DNA from: an uncultured Chloroflexia bacterium
GTDB taxonomy: Bacteria; Chloroflexota; Limnocylindria; Limnocylindrales; CSP1-4
DNA: 64,000 nt
Assembly (NCBI GenBank): GCA_963734535.1
Contig: CAVTHS010000004.1
Coordinates: 64,001 to 128,000 of the forward strand
Reading direction: 5' to 3'
Under the pieces are notes generated by a model. The model saw only the letters and a program-made list of their open reading frames with translations. It did not search any database and was not told the origin of the DNA. Shown piece after piece: positions 43,356 through 51,839 of this stretch; position 1 is the stretch's first letter; every line of letters begins with the position of its first letter. Both the position numbers and the translations under genes were made by a program.

Positions 43356-43549
43356 GCCCGCGGATCGACCCTGGGCCCGGAGAGCCTCGGCGGCGACCGC
43401 GGCGACGGTAGGCTCCCGGCAACCACGGCGACTGCGGCGACGGCGGCGGCCGCCGCGACCTCGGCCACCGAGGCGACGAGCACCCTCGCCTCCCGCCAGT
43501 CGCGGCGGCACCGCCCCGGTAACGGAAGTCTCACCATGGCCTGGCGGCT

Positions 43550-44452
43550 TCACAATCGCGCGAAACGCACCCCATAGAGCTCGACGAGCAGGTGCTCGCC
43601 AGCGGTCGCCAGGATGCCGACGCGGGCGGTCGGGTCGGCGGGCCCCGATCCCGTTCCCGATGCCGATCCCATGCCCGATGCCGGCCCGGACCCGGATTCC
43701 AGCCCGGGCTCGGTCCCGGCCGCGCGGCCAGACCCGGCCATGCCTCCCGCGGCGGCCATGGCTCCCGAGGCGGGCGCCGCTGTCGCTGCTACGAGCCGGA
43801 TCGATTGGTCGCCGACGAGCGCCTCCAGCTCGCCCGGACCGGCGGCGGGTGCCGGGCGAAATGCGAGACCGATGGTCCTCGCGAATGCCACTGCGACGTC
43901 GGCGGGCCGCGCGACGGCCAGCTCGAGCCCCACGATCCGCGCCCGTCCGCCGAACGGGTGGACGAAGGCGGCGCGCGCCTGGCGCGCCTCGTCGCTCCAC
44001 TCGGGGCCGCCCGGCTCGTGCTCGATCAGGAAGGGCGGCCGCTCGGAGGCCAGGGGCGGCGCGATCGCCACGTGCCAGCGAACCACGCCGCCATCCGGAC
44101 GGACTCGCTCGCCGGGCTGCGCGTCGCCGATCGACGAGCCGGCCTCTCGGAGCACCGCCGCTTCTCGACGCGCGTCGTCCGTCGCGATCGCCCACGTGAC
44201 GAGGCCGGGCGTCCCCGCGTCGAGGGCGGCGAGCGCGGCAGCCCCGATGGGGTTCGCGGTCGCACGGGCCCGATCCCAGACGCCGATCAGCTCGAGGTAC
44301 GTGTCGCCCAGGAAGATGAGCCGATTGAACGTGCCCGCATTCTCGTGGCGGCCGCCACCCGTGGCGGCGAGCCCGAGCGCTGCCTCGAGGTCGGCCGCGG
44401 CGGCATCCGGATCCGCAACGGCGATCACGAGGTGGTCGATGCCAAGCAGCAT
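43550..44452 (-). CDS. VOC / glyoxalase-like protein
   Basis: IDHLVIAV, GGRH..GTFN, YLEL, PFLIE. Confidence 0.85.
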   Translation of the reverse strand: MLLGIDHLVIAVADPDAAAADLEAALGLAATGGGRHENAGTFNRLIFLGDTYLELIGVWDRARATANPIGAAALAALDAGTPGLVTWAIATDDARREAAVLREAGSSIGDAQPGERVRPDGGVVRWHVAIAPPLASERPPFLIEHEPGGPEWSDEARQARAAFVHPFGGRARIVGLELAVARPADVAVAFARTIGLAFRPAPAAGPGELEALVGDQSIRLVAATAAPASGAMAAAGGMAGSGRAAGTEPGLESGSGPASGMGSASGTGSGPADPTARVGILATAGEHLLVELYGVRFARL

Positions 44453-44570
44453 CCGCGCAGCGTACCCGGCCGAGCGTGCCGCAGGCGCCCAGGGGTCACG
44501 CCACGCGGCCCGAGACCCCGTGCCCTTCGGCCCATTGACGAACCCGTGACCCGGAGGCCACCCTCGGAGC

Positions 44571-45029
44571 ATGTTCATGCGTCTCCGCCGGGTCCACCCG
44601 GCGCTCATCCTCATTGCGCTCGACCTGTTCGGTCTCGCGGTCGCCTCCTACCTGTCCGTCGTCGAGCTCGGCGGCGGCGTCCCCGTCTGCGGCCCGATCA
44701 AGGGCTGCGAGATCGTGGCGACGTCCCAGTACAGCCGAATCAACGGCATCCCCGTGGCCGTGTTCGGGGTCGGCCTCAGCCTGATCCTGCTTGTCGCCGC
44801 AATCGGCTGGTGGAGGACGGGTGATCGACGCCTGCTCGCGACCCACTACGGGTTCAGCCTGGTCGGCGTGACGTTCGAGGCCTACTTCACGTACCTCCAG
44901 GTCTTCGTGATCGACGCCATCTGCGTCTGGTGCGCGTCGTACGGGATCAGCCTGGTCCTCCGGTTCCTCGTCGCGCTCTGGGTCTGGGTGCGCCGGGATC
45001 GAATGGCGACCCAGGCAACCGGCTGGTAG
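44571..45029 (+). CDS. Vitamin K epoxide reductase (VKOR) family protein
   Basis: Loop cysteines C..GC..V..S.YS, GIPVA, active-site CVWC, 4 TM. Confidence 0.9.
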   Translation: MFMRLRRVHPALILIALDLFGLAVASYLSVVELGGGVPVCGPIKGCEIVATSQYSRINGIPVAVFGVGLSLILLVAAIGWWRTGDRRLLATHYGFSLVGVTFEAYFTYLQVFVIDAICVWCASYGISLVLRFLVALWVWVRRDRMATQATGW

Positions 45030-45080
45030 CGGCAGCGGTCCGTGCGTCCGCCCGGGGAACGCCCGACCTCGCGAGAACCT

Positions 45081-45228
45081 GCGGAATCGCACGTCATCTG
45101 AACACCGGCGCCGGCCGGAGCATCGCGGCAGCCGGCACCTTGCGGTTCGGGTCGCCGTCCCGCGGGCGCGAGGTGGTCATCCCGAGCGCAGCCCGTCCCG
45201 GGAGTGTTGACTTCACGTGCAATTCCGC
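45081..45228. repeat. Nested inverted-repeat element
   Basis: 45081-45094/45215-45228 (13/14); 45101-45105/45204-45208; 45141-45151/45181-45190. Confidence 0.6.
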
Positions 45229-45366
45229 GCGAATGGACGGTCGATCGCCACCGCGAGCAGCGGTCCGGGATCCTCGATATGAGCGCGATTGCCCGCCCGC
45301 CCGACCGGCCGCCCAGGCGCGCCCGCCCGACTCGCGTGCCGCGCGCTCCTGCTACGATCCGGCCGC

Positions 45367-45882
45367 ATGGACGGCGTGGTGCTCGTGCTCAACCAGAACT
45401 ACGAGCCGCTGAACGTCTGCAACGTGCCCCGGGCATTCCGCCTCGTCTTCGGGTTCAAGGCGGAGGTCGTGGAGTACGACCACCAGACGTTCCGGACGCC
45501 TCGCGCCGCCTACCGTGCGCCGTCGGTGATCCGCCTCCAGCACCAGGTCCGCAGGCCCCGTCCGCGCGTCAAGCTCAGCCGTCGCGAGGTCTTCGCCCGC
45601 GACCACCACACCTGCCAGTACTGCGGGCGCCAGGGCAACGACCTCACGCTCGACCACGTGGTCCCGCGTCACCGCGGCGGTCTCCACACGTGGGAGAACC
45701 TGGCGACCGCCTGCCGCACCTGCAACCACCGAAAGGGCGGCCGCACCCCCGAGGAGGCCCGCTTTCGCCTGCTGCGCCCACCGTTCGAGCCGCGGAGTGA
45801 CGTGTACTCGATCTTCACCCCGTTCCTGGCGGACGTCCGGAACGAGCCCTGGCGCGACTACCTCTTCCTCGGCAAGAATTGA
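45367..45882 (+). CDS. HNH endonuclease (McrA-like)
   Basis: VLVLNQNYEPL, RD..TCQYCG, TLDHVVP..GG..WEN..AC..CN..KG. Confidence 0.92.
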   Translation: MDGVVLVLNQNYEPLNVCNVPRAFRLVFGFKAEVVEYDHQTFRTPRAAYRAPSVIRLQHQVRRPRPRVKLSRREVFARDHHTCQYCGRQGNDLTLDHVVPRHRGGLHTWENLATACRTCNHRKGGRTPEEARFRLLRPPFEPRSDVYSIFTPFLADVRNEPWRDYLFLGKN

Positions 45883-47510
45883 CGCCGCCCGAGCCCGCTG
45901 CCGGGGCAGACGCACCAGAAGGACCAGCGCCGGCGGCCGACTCGCCGCTCGAGGCAGGGGCAACGGCCGATCCGTCGCCCGGTCCGCGCGACCCGATCCC
46001 GGCCGCCGTGCGCGCCATCGCGGCGACGCTCCGGACCGCCGGTCACGAAGCGCATCTCGTGGGCGGCTGCGTGCGCGACCTCCTGCGCGGCGTCGAGCCC
46101 GCCGACTGGGACCTGACCACGAACGCGCGACCGGAGCAGGTCGTCGCGCTCTTCCCGGGCGCTCGGTACGAGAACCGGTTCGGGACGGTCGAGATCGACG
46201 AGGACGGCGGGACCTACGAGGTCACGACCTACCGGCACGACGGCCCGTACACCGACCACCGCCGGCCGGATGCCGTCATGTTCGGTGAGCGGCTCGACGA
46301 CGACCTGGCGCGGCGGGACTTCACGGTGAACGCGATGGCGCTCGACGTGGGCGCGGGGGCCGGGGTCGAATCGCGCCCAGGGCCCGGCGCGGAACCCGGG
46401 TCGGCAGAACCGGGGGGCGAGCCCGGCACGGACGACAGCCCGGAACACGTGGCCGGACCCCGTGGGATCCATGACCCGTTCGGCGGACGGGCCGACCTCG
46501 CCGCGAGGCTCCTGCGGGCAGTCGGCGATCCCGGGGCACGGTTCCGCGAGGACTCGCTGCGCATGCTGCGCGCGGTCCGGTTTGCGGCGACGCTCGGCTT
46601 CGCCGTGGAGGAGCGAACGCTCGCGGCGATCGAGGCGAACGCGCCGCTCGCGGGCTCTCTCTCCGGCGAGCGGGTGCTCGCCGAGCTGCTCACGCTGCTC
46701 ACGGCACCCGTGCCCTCCGTCGGGCTGCGGCTCGCGCAGGCGACCGGCCTCCTTGCGGCGATCGCCCCGGAGCTGGCCCGGCAGCGGGGCGTGCCGCAGG
46801 GCAAGGTGCCCGGCGAGGATCTCTGGGACCACACCTGCAGAACGGTGGACGCCGCGCCCCGGCCGCGGCCCGACGAGCCGCCGCTGCTCCGCCTTGCGGC
46901 GCTGCTCCACGACGTCGGCAAGCCCGCGACCTTCGCGGACGGCCACTTCGTGGGCCACGACGCCGTCGGCGCATCGCTCAGCGAGGCATGGCTCACGGAG
47001 CTCCACGCGCCGCGGTTCCTGACGGCTGACACCGCGAACCTGGTCCGCCACCACATGTTCGCCTACGACGAGAGCTGGACCGACGCGGCCGTGCGCCGAT
47101 TCATTCGTCGCTGCGGCGCGACCGCCGTCGACGACCTCCTGGACCTGCGTGCGGCCGACAACGTCGGGAGCGGGCTCGCGGCGGAGGTCGACGGCCTGGA
47201 ATCGCTGCGGGCGCGATGCCACGAGCAGCTGGAGGCGCGCGTGGCGCTGGACCTGTCCGGCCTCGCTGTCGACGGCGACGACCTGATGAAGGCCCTCGAC
47301 ATCCCCCCCGGGCCGGCGGTGGGCGGTCTCCTCGATCGCCTGTTGGAGATGGTGGTCCTCGACCCGATGCTCAACGACCGTTCGCGTCTGCTTACCATGG
47401 CGCGTGAGCTCGTGGCGCCCGGCATCGTCGCGCCCGGGAACGAGACACTCGGTGGCGGGGATGCCGGTGGCGGGGATGCCGGCGCCTCGGACGACATGGG
47501 GACGGCGTGA
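45879..47510 (+). CDS. cca: CCA tRNA nucleotidyltransferase with HD domain
   Basis: VGGCVRD, DWDLTT, DLARRDFTVNAMA, EDSLRMLRAVRF, LLHDVGK. Confidence 0.9.
   Translation: MTPPEPAAGADAPEGPAPAADSPLEAGATADPSPGPRDPIPAAVRAIAATLRTAGHEAHLVGGCVRDLLRGVEPADWDLTTNARPEQVVALFPGARYENRFGTVEIDEDGGTYEVTTYRHDGPYTDHRRPDAVMFGERLDDDLARRDFTVNAMALDVGAGAGVESRPGPGAEPGSAEPGGEPGTDDSPEHVAGPRGIHDPFGGRADLAARLLRAVGDPGARFREDSLRMLRAVRFAATLGFAVEERTLAAIEANAPLAGSLSGERVLAELLTLLTAPVPSVGLRLAQATGLLAAIAPELARQRGVPQGKVPGEDLWDHTCRTVDAAPRPRPDEPPLLRLAALLHDVGKPATFADGHFVGHDAVGASLSEAWLTELHAPRFLTADTANLVRHHMFAYDESWTDAAVRRFIRRCGATAVDDLLDLRAADNVGSGLAAEVDGLESLRARCHEQLEARVALDLSGLAVDGDDLMKALDIPPGPAVGGLLDRLLEMVVLDPMLNDRSRLLTMARELVAPGIVAPGNETLGGGDAGGGDAGASDDMGTA
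47450..47482. repeat. 15-bp tandem duplication (GGGDA x2)
   Basis: CGGTGGCGGGGATGC repeated twice. Confidence 0.8.
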
Positions 47511-47905
47511 TCGAGCAGCTCCTCCGGGCGGAGAACGCGCTCGCCCTCGGCCTTCTCGACCAGGCCGAGCAGATCTACGCGCAGACGTTGGCCCATGACC
47601 CCGCGAATGCGATCGCGGTCGTGGGACTCTCGCGCGTCGCCCTCGAGCGCGGCGACGAACGCGCGTCCCTGGACCTCGCCCGGCGCGCCCTCTCGATCGA
47701 CCCGGAGAACGCGCAGGCGGGCCGGATGGCCGATCGGCTCGAGGAGGTCATGCGCGAGCGCGGGGACGCGGTCCCGCCAGCGGCGATCCTGCGGGTAGTC
47801 ATCGGATCCTCGGCGATCCCGCACACCGATTCTCCGACGAGGGCCGCCGAGCCCGTCGCGGCACCGAAACGCGGCTTCCTGCGCCGCCTCACCGGGAGAT
47901 CCTGA
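47507..47905 (+). CDS. Small TPR protein
   Basis: A..IY..L..DPANAIA; ALSIDPENAQA. Confidence 0.8.
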   Translation: MIEQLLRAENALALGLLDQAEQIYAQTLAHDPANAIAVVGLSRVALERGDERASLDLARRALSIDPENAQAGRMADRLEEVMRERGDAVPPAAILRVVIGSSAIPHTDSPTRAAEPVAAPKRGFLRRLTGRS

Positions 47906-47906
47906 G

Positions 47907-48935
47907 ATGCGCGTGCTCGTCACCGGCGGCGCCGGCTACGTCGGCTCGATCTCGGTCGAGGCGCTCGTCGCGGCGGGCCACGAGGTGGTGGTCCTCGACG
48001 ACCTCTCCACGGGGCACCGGGACGCGCTCCCGGATGGCGTCCGCCTCGTGCAGGGCAGCTACGGCGATGGGGCGGCGGTCGCGTCGCTGCTCGCGAGCTC
48101 GCCGATCGACGCGGTCCTCCACTGCGCGGCACGCTCGCTCGTCGGCGAGTCGATCGCGAACCCGGCGCTCTACTACCGCGAGAACGTGGCGGGGGGCGTC
48201 GCCTTCCTGGAGGCGCTTCGCGTGGCGGGCATCCGCCGCCTGGTCTTCAGCTCGACCGCCGCGGTCTACGGGACGCCGGCCAGCATCCCGATCCGCGAGG
48301 ACGCGGTGCTTGCCCCGATCAACCCGTATGGGGAGACGAAGCGGACGTTCGAGGGTGGCCTTCGCTGGTACGCGGCTGCCTACGGAGTGCGGAGCGTGAG
48401 CCTGCGCTACTTCAACGTTGCCGGCGCGTCCGAACGCAACGGCGAGGTTCACGTACCGGAAACGCATCTCATCCCCAACGTGCTGGCCGCGGCCGATGGG
48501 CATGCCGCGCTCACCGTGTTCGGCACCGACTACCCGACGCCCGACGGAACGTGCGTTCGCGATTACCTGCACGTGGAGGACCTCGCGCGCGCCCACGTGC
48601 TCGCGCTCGAGGCCACGGCGCCGGACGATCTGCGCACGGCCGCGAATCCCAGCCTGCCCGGGGAAGATGTCGGTGCGGCGGCGCTCACCATCAACCTGGG
48701 GAATGGGGGCGGCTTCAGCGTCCGCGAGGTGCTCGCGGCGGCCGAGGCCGTCGTCGGTCGCCCGATCCCGCACGCGATCGGCGAGCGGCGCGCGGGCGAT
48801 CCCCCGGTGCTCGTGGCCGATGCCAGCCGCGCGGGCGAGATCCTCGGCTGGCGGGCCGAGCATCCCGACATCATCGAGATCGTCCGGTCCGCGTGGGCGT
48901 GGCGCGCGGCCCACCCGGACGGCTATCGCGCCTGA
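47907..48935 (+). CDS. galE: UDP-glucose 4-epimerase
   Basis: TGGAGYVGS, SSTAAVYG, PYGETK, RYFNVAG, DGTCVRDYLHV. Confidence 0.95.
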   Translation: MRVLVTGGAGYVGSISVEALVAAGHEVVVLDDLSTGHRDALPDGVRLVQGSYGDGAAVASLLASSPIDAVLHCAARSLVGESIANPALYYRENVAGGVAFLEALRVAGIRRLVFSSTAAVYGTPASIPIREDAVLAPINPYGETKRTFEGGLRWYAAAYGVRSVSLRYFNVAGASERNGEVHVPETHLIPNVLAAADGHAALTVFGTDYPTPDGTCVRDYLHVEDLARAHVLALEATAPDDLRTAANPSLPGEDVGAAALTINLGNGGGFSVREVLAAAEAVVGRPIPHAIGERRAGDPPVLVADASRAGEILGWRAEHPDIIEIVRSAWAWRAAHPDGYRA

Positions 48936-49137
48936 CCCCGAGCCGGTCATTGCGCGAGCGACCCGAACGCACCCGCGGCATCCCTGCAACCGAATCGAAA
49001 CGGAAGCGCGTCCCGGGTGTCACTGACCAGGACGCAGGGCTGCAGGTACGGTCATCCTCCCGGGACGCTGTCCCCGGCGGCAGGCCTGCTGGCCGCGTCG
49101 CTGTCCTGCGGGCCACCGCCCAGCTGAGGACGAACCC

Positions 49138-49389
49138 ATGAGCGCACTCGACCTGCAGGCCTCCATCTCCTCCCACCTGCGCATGCCCCGCCAGGTTGCC
49201 GTCGCGAGCCGGCTCGAGACCGGCACCGTCGTCTGTGACGCCTGTGGCTGCCGCCTGACCACCCGCGACAGCGTCGACGACAGCGGATTCGGCGGCGCTC
49301 GCACCTGGTGGCACTTCGCCGGCCACGCGGGTCGCGACGCCCGCGGGTGCACGGTCGATTGCGTGGAGATGGCCCACCGCCTCGCCTGA
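49138..49389 (+). CDS. Small Cys/His-rich (putative Zn-binding) protein
   Basis: GAGG SD; CDACGCRL..WWHF..GCTVDC..H. Confidence 0.65.
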   Translation: MSALDLQASISSHLRMPRQVAVASRLETGTVVCDACGCRLTTRDSVDDSGFGGARTWWHFAGHAGRDARGCTVDCVEMAHRLA

Positions 49390-49577
49390 ACCCGGGCCGG
49401 TGTTCGGCCCGTCACACGTCCTCGAGCGAACCCTGGACGCCCCGGACCTTCCTGGCCGGGGCGTTCGTGTGCTCCACGCGGGCACTCCGCCGTGCGCCCG
49501 GCACCCGTCGCGCCGGGTTGAGCTCGCGCGCGGGCAATCCGCCGGGGTCGCGATGACCGGCGCGTATGATCGCGGCC

Positions 49578-50282
49578 ATGAAGCCAGAACCGCGCGCGTT
49601 GCGCCCGCAGGCATTCGGGAATCGTCGCGTCAGGGATGTTGCGGATCCGGTGATCGAACCAGCCTGGGATGGCGTCCGGGTCCTTGCCCATCTCGACGTC
49701 GCAGCGGCACGGGCGGCGATCCGCGATTCGAGCGGCGACGACCTGACCCGGGACCACGCGCCGATCGCCCGCGCGCTGCTCGCCGCGCTCACCGCGGACA
49801 GCGCCATCGTCGATGGCTACCTCACCGACCAGGCGACGCGCGCAAGCGAGGGTCGCGCGATCGTGACGAGCGAGATCCCGTCGCTCAGCGAGCATGCGAG
49901 CCAGTTCTTCCTGGGCCGGCAGGGCTCCGAGCTGCTGGGCGGACGCGGCCGTCCTGGCCGAACCGACCTTGGCCGGGCGGCCGACGAGCAGGAGCGGCTC
50001 GAGGACGCGCCGGTCGCGTTCGTCGCCGTCGACCTGGTCGAGCTCGATGGCGTGCCCTTGTTCGAGATCCCGCTCCTGGAGCGCAAGCGGCTCCTGGAGA
50101 GCGCGCTCGGGGAGGGCGACCTCGTGCGCCGGACTCCGTACGTTCGCGAGCCGGCCGGCACGTTCATCATCACCTGGCGTTCGTTCGGCTTCGGCGGCCT
50201 CGCCTACAAGGCCGCGAACAGCCGCTACCTCCCCGGCAGCGCCAACGACGACTGGTGCATGACGCCGATGCCGCGCCGCTGA
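49578..50282 (+). CDS. ATP-dependent DNA ligase adenylation-domain homolog, catalytic Lys absent
   Basis: EPAWDGVR (vs KxDGxR), IVDGY, FVAVDL, L.ERKRLL, K..SRY.PG..W; no OB domain. Confidence 0.75.
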   Translation: MKPEPRALRPQAFGNRRVRDVADPVIEPAWDGVRVLAHLDVAAARAAIRDSSGDDLTRDHAPIARALLAALTADSAIVDGYLTDQATRASEGRAIVTSEIPSLSEHASQFFLGRQGSELLGGRGRPGRTDLGRAADEQERLEDAPVAFVAVDLVELDGVPLFEIPLLERKRLLESALGEGDLVRRTPYVREPAGTFIITWRSFGFGGLAYKAANSRYLPGSANDDWCMTPMPRR

Positions 50283-50393
50283 CGATGGCGGCCGGCGCCG
50301 AGGACCGCGACCGGCGCTTGTAGCCGCGGCGGTCGAGCCGGATCGCGACCGCCTCGCCGCGGACGATCCCGGCCGTCGTGGTACGGTGCGTCC

Positions 50394-51839
50394 GTGCCCG
50401 CTTCCCTCCTGACCCCGGCCATCTCGGCCGAGCTCCAGCGCCTGGGACACGCCGACATCATGGTCGGCATTCCCAGCTTCAAGAACGCGGCGACGATCGG
50501 CCATGTCGTGCGCGCCGCGCAGGCCGGGCTGGTCCAGTACTTCCCGGACCTTCGGCCCCTGCTCGTGAACGCGGATGCCGGGTCGCCTGACGGGACGCAG
50601 CGCGTCGTCGCGGAGACGGAGCCGCCCGACTACGTCGAGCGGATCCTGCTCGTGCGACCCACCAACCGCCTCGAGCGCCTGACCCTGACCTATCCCGAGG
50701 TGAACGGGATCGGCGGCAAGGGGGCGGCGCTTCACACGATCTTCGAGATCGCGGCCGCGCTCGAGGTCCGCGCGCTCGTGGTGGTCGACTCCGACCTTCG
50801 CTCGATCGGCCCTGAATGGGTCGAGCTCCTCTCGGGGCCGATCCTCAAGGGCGGCTTCGATTTCGTCACGCCGCTCTACGCGCGTCACAAGTACGACGGC
50901 ACGATCACGAACACGGTCACCTACCCGCTCACCCGGGCGCTCTACGGCCGGCGGATCCGACAGCCGATCGGGGGCGACTTCGGGGTGTCCGGCGATCTCG
51001 TCCGCCACTACCTCGCCCAGGAGGACTGGACCCCGGAGGTGAGCCGTTTCGGGATCGACATCTGGATGACGACCCACGCGCTCACCGGCGGCTTCGCCGT
51101 CTGCGAGGCGCGACTCGGCGCGAAGATCCACGACCCGAAGGACCCCTCGGGTGACCTTGGGCCGATGTTCCGCCAGGTCGTCGGGACGATCCTCGCCATG
51201 GCCGGCCGCCACCCCGAGGCCTGGCTCGACGTCCACGCCAGCCACGAGATCCCGGCCTACGGCTTCGAGCGCTGGGTCGAGCCCACCCCGCTCCACGTCA
51301 ACACGCTGCGCCTGCTCTCCGAGTTCGACGCCGGGCGGCTGACGCTCGCGCCGACGTGGCGAGCCATGCTCGCGCCGAACCATGCGAGCGCCGCCATCGA
51401 GATCTCGGAGGTTGCCGGGGAGCTTGCCGAGGCGGCCGCGAGGCGCCTCGGCCTGGGCGGCGAGGCCGGCCCGGACCACCCCGTCTCGACGGACGAGATG
51501 TCCGAGGCGGTTGCGCCCTACTGCTTCCCGGACGAGCTGTGGGCCGGCATCGTCTACGACCTGGTCGTCGCGGCGCACGCGAAGGTCCTGCCCCTGGAGA
51601 CGCTCGTGGCCGCGCTCGTCCCGCTCTATTTCGGGCGGGTCGGCAGCCTTATCGTGGAGGCCCGCCACATGGGCCAGGCCGACGCGGAGGAACGAGTGGA
51701 GCGCCAGGCGCGCGCCTTCGAGCTTCGCAAGCCGTATCTCGTCGAGCGCTGGAATGCGGCGGAGGAGGCGCGCATCGCGGCGGATGCGGCTGCCTTGGAT
51801 GCCTCGGCGAGCCTCCGCGCCGGCGAGGCCGCAGGGTGA
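50394..51839 (+). CDS. Glucosylglycerate/mannosylglycerate synthase-like glycosyltransferase
   Basis: VGIPSF, GKG.A, VDSD, RQPIGGDF, FGIDIWMT, KIHDPKD. Confidence 0.75.
   Translation: MPASLLTPAISAELQRLGHADIMVGIPSFKNAATIGHVVRAAQAGLVQYFPDLRPLLVNADAGSPDGTQRVVAETEPPDYVERILLVRPTNRLERLTLTYPEVNGIGGKGAALHTIFEIAAALEVRALVVVDSDLRSIGPEWVELLSGPILKGGFDFVTPLYARHKYDGTITNTVTYPLTRALYGRRIRQPIGGDFGVSGDLVRHYLAQEDWTPEVSRFGIDIWMTTHALTGGFAVCEARLGAKIHDPKDPSGDLGPMFRQVVGTILAMAGRHPEAWLDVHASHEIPAYGFERWVEPTPLHVNTLRLLSEFDAGRLTLAPTWRAMLAPNHASAAIEISEVAGELAEAAARRLGLGGEAGPDHPVSTDEMSEAVAPYCFPDELWAGIVYDLVVAAHAKVLPLETLVAALVPLYFGRVGSLIVEARHMGQADAEERVERQARAFELRKPYLVERWNAAEEARIAADAAALDASASLRAGEAAG

Noticed and set aside
43356-43549. 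GGCGAC/GGCGGC-rich spacer between MOSC and VOC
   Set aside because: Low-complexity sequence with no convincing nested structure or credible ORF
45367-45882. HNH nuclease as a defence or mobile element
   Set aside because: It is the common short housekeeping-type HNH, coupled to cca, with no methylase, RT or transposase nearby
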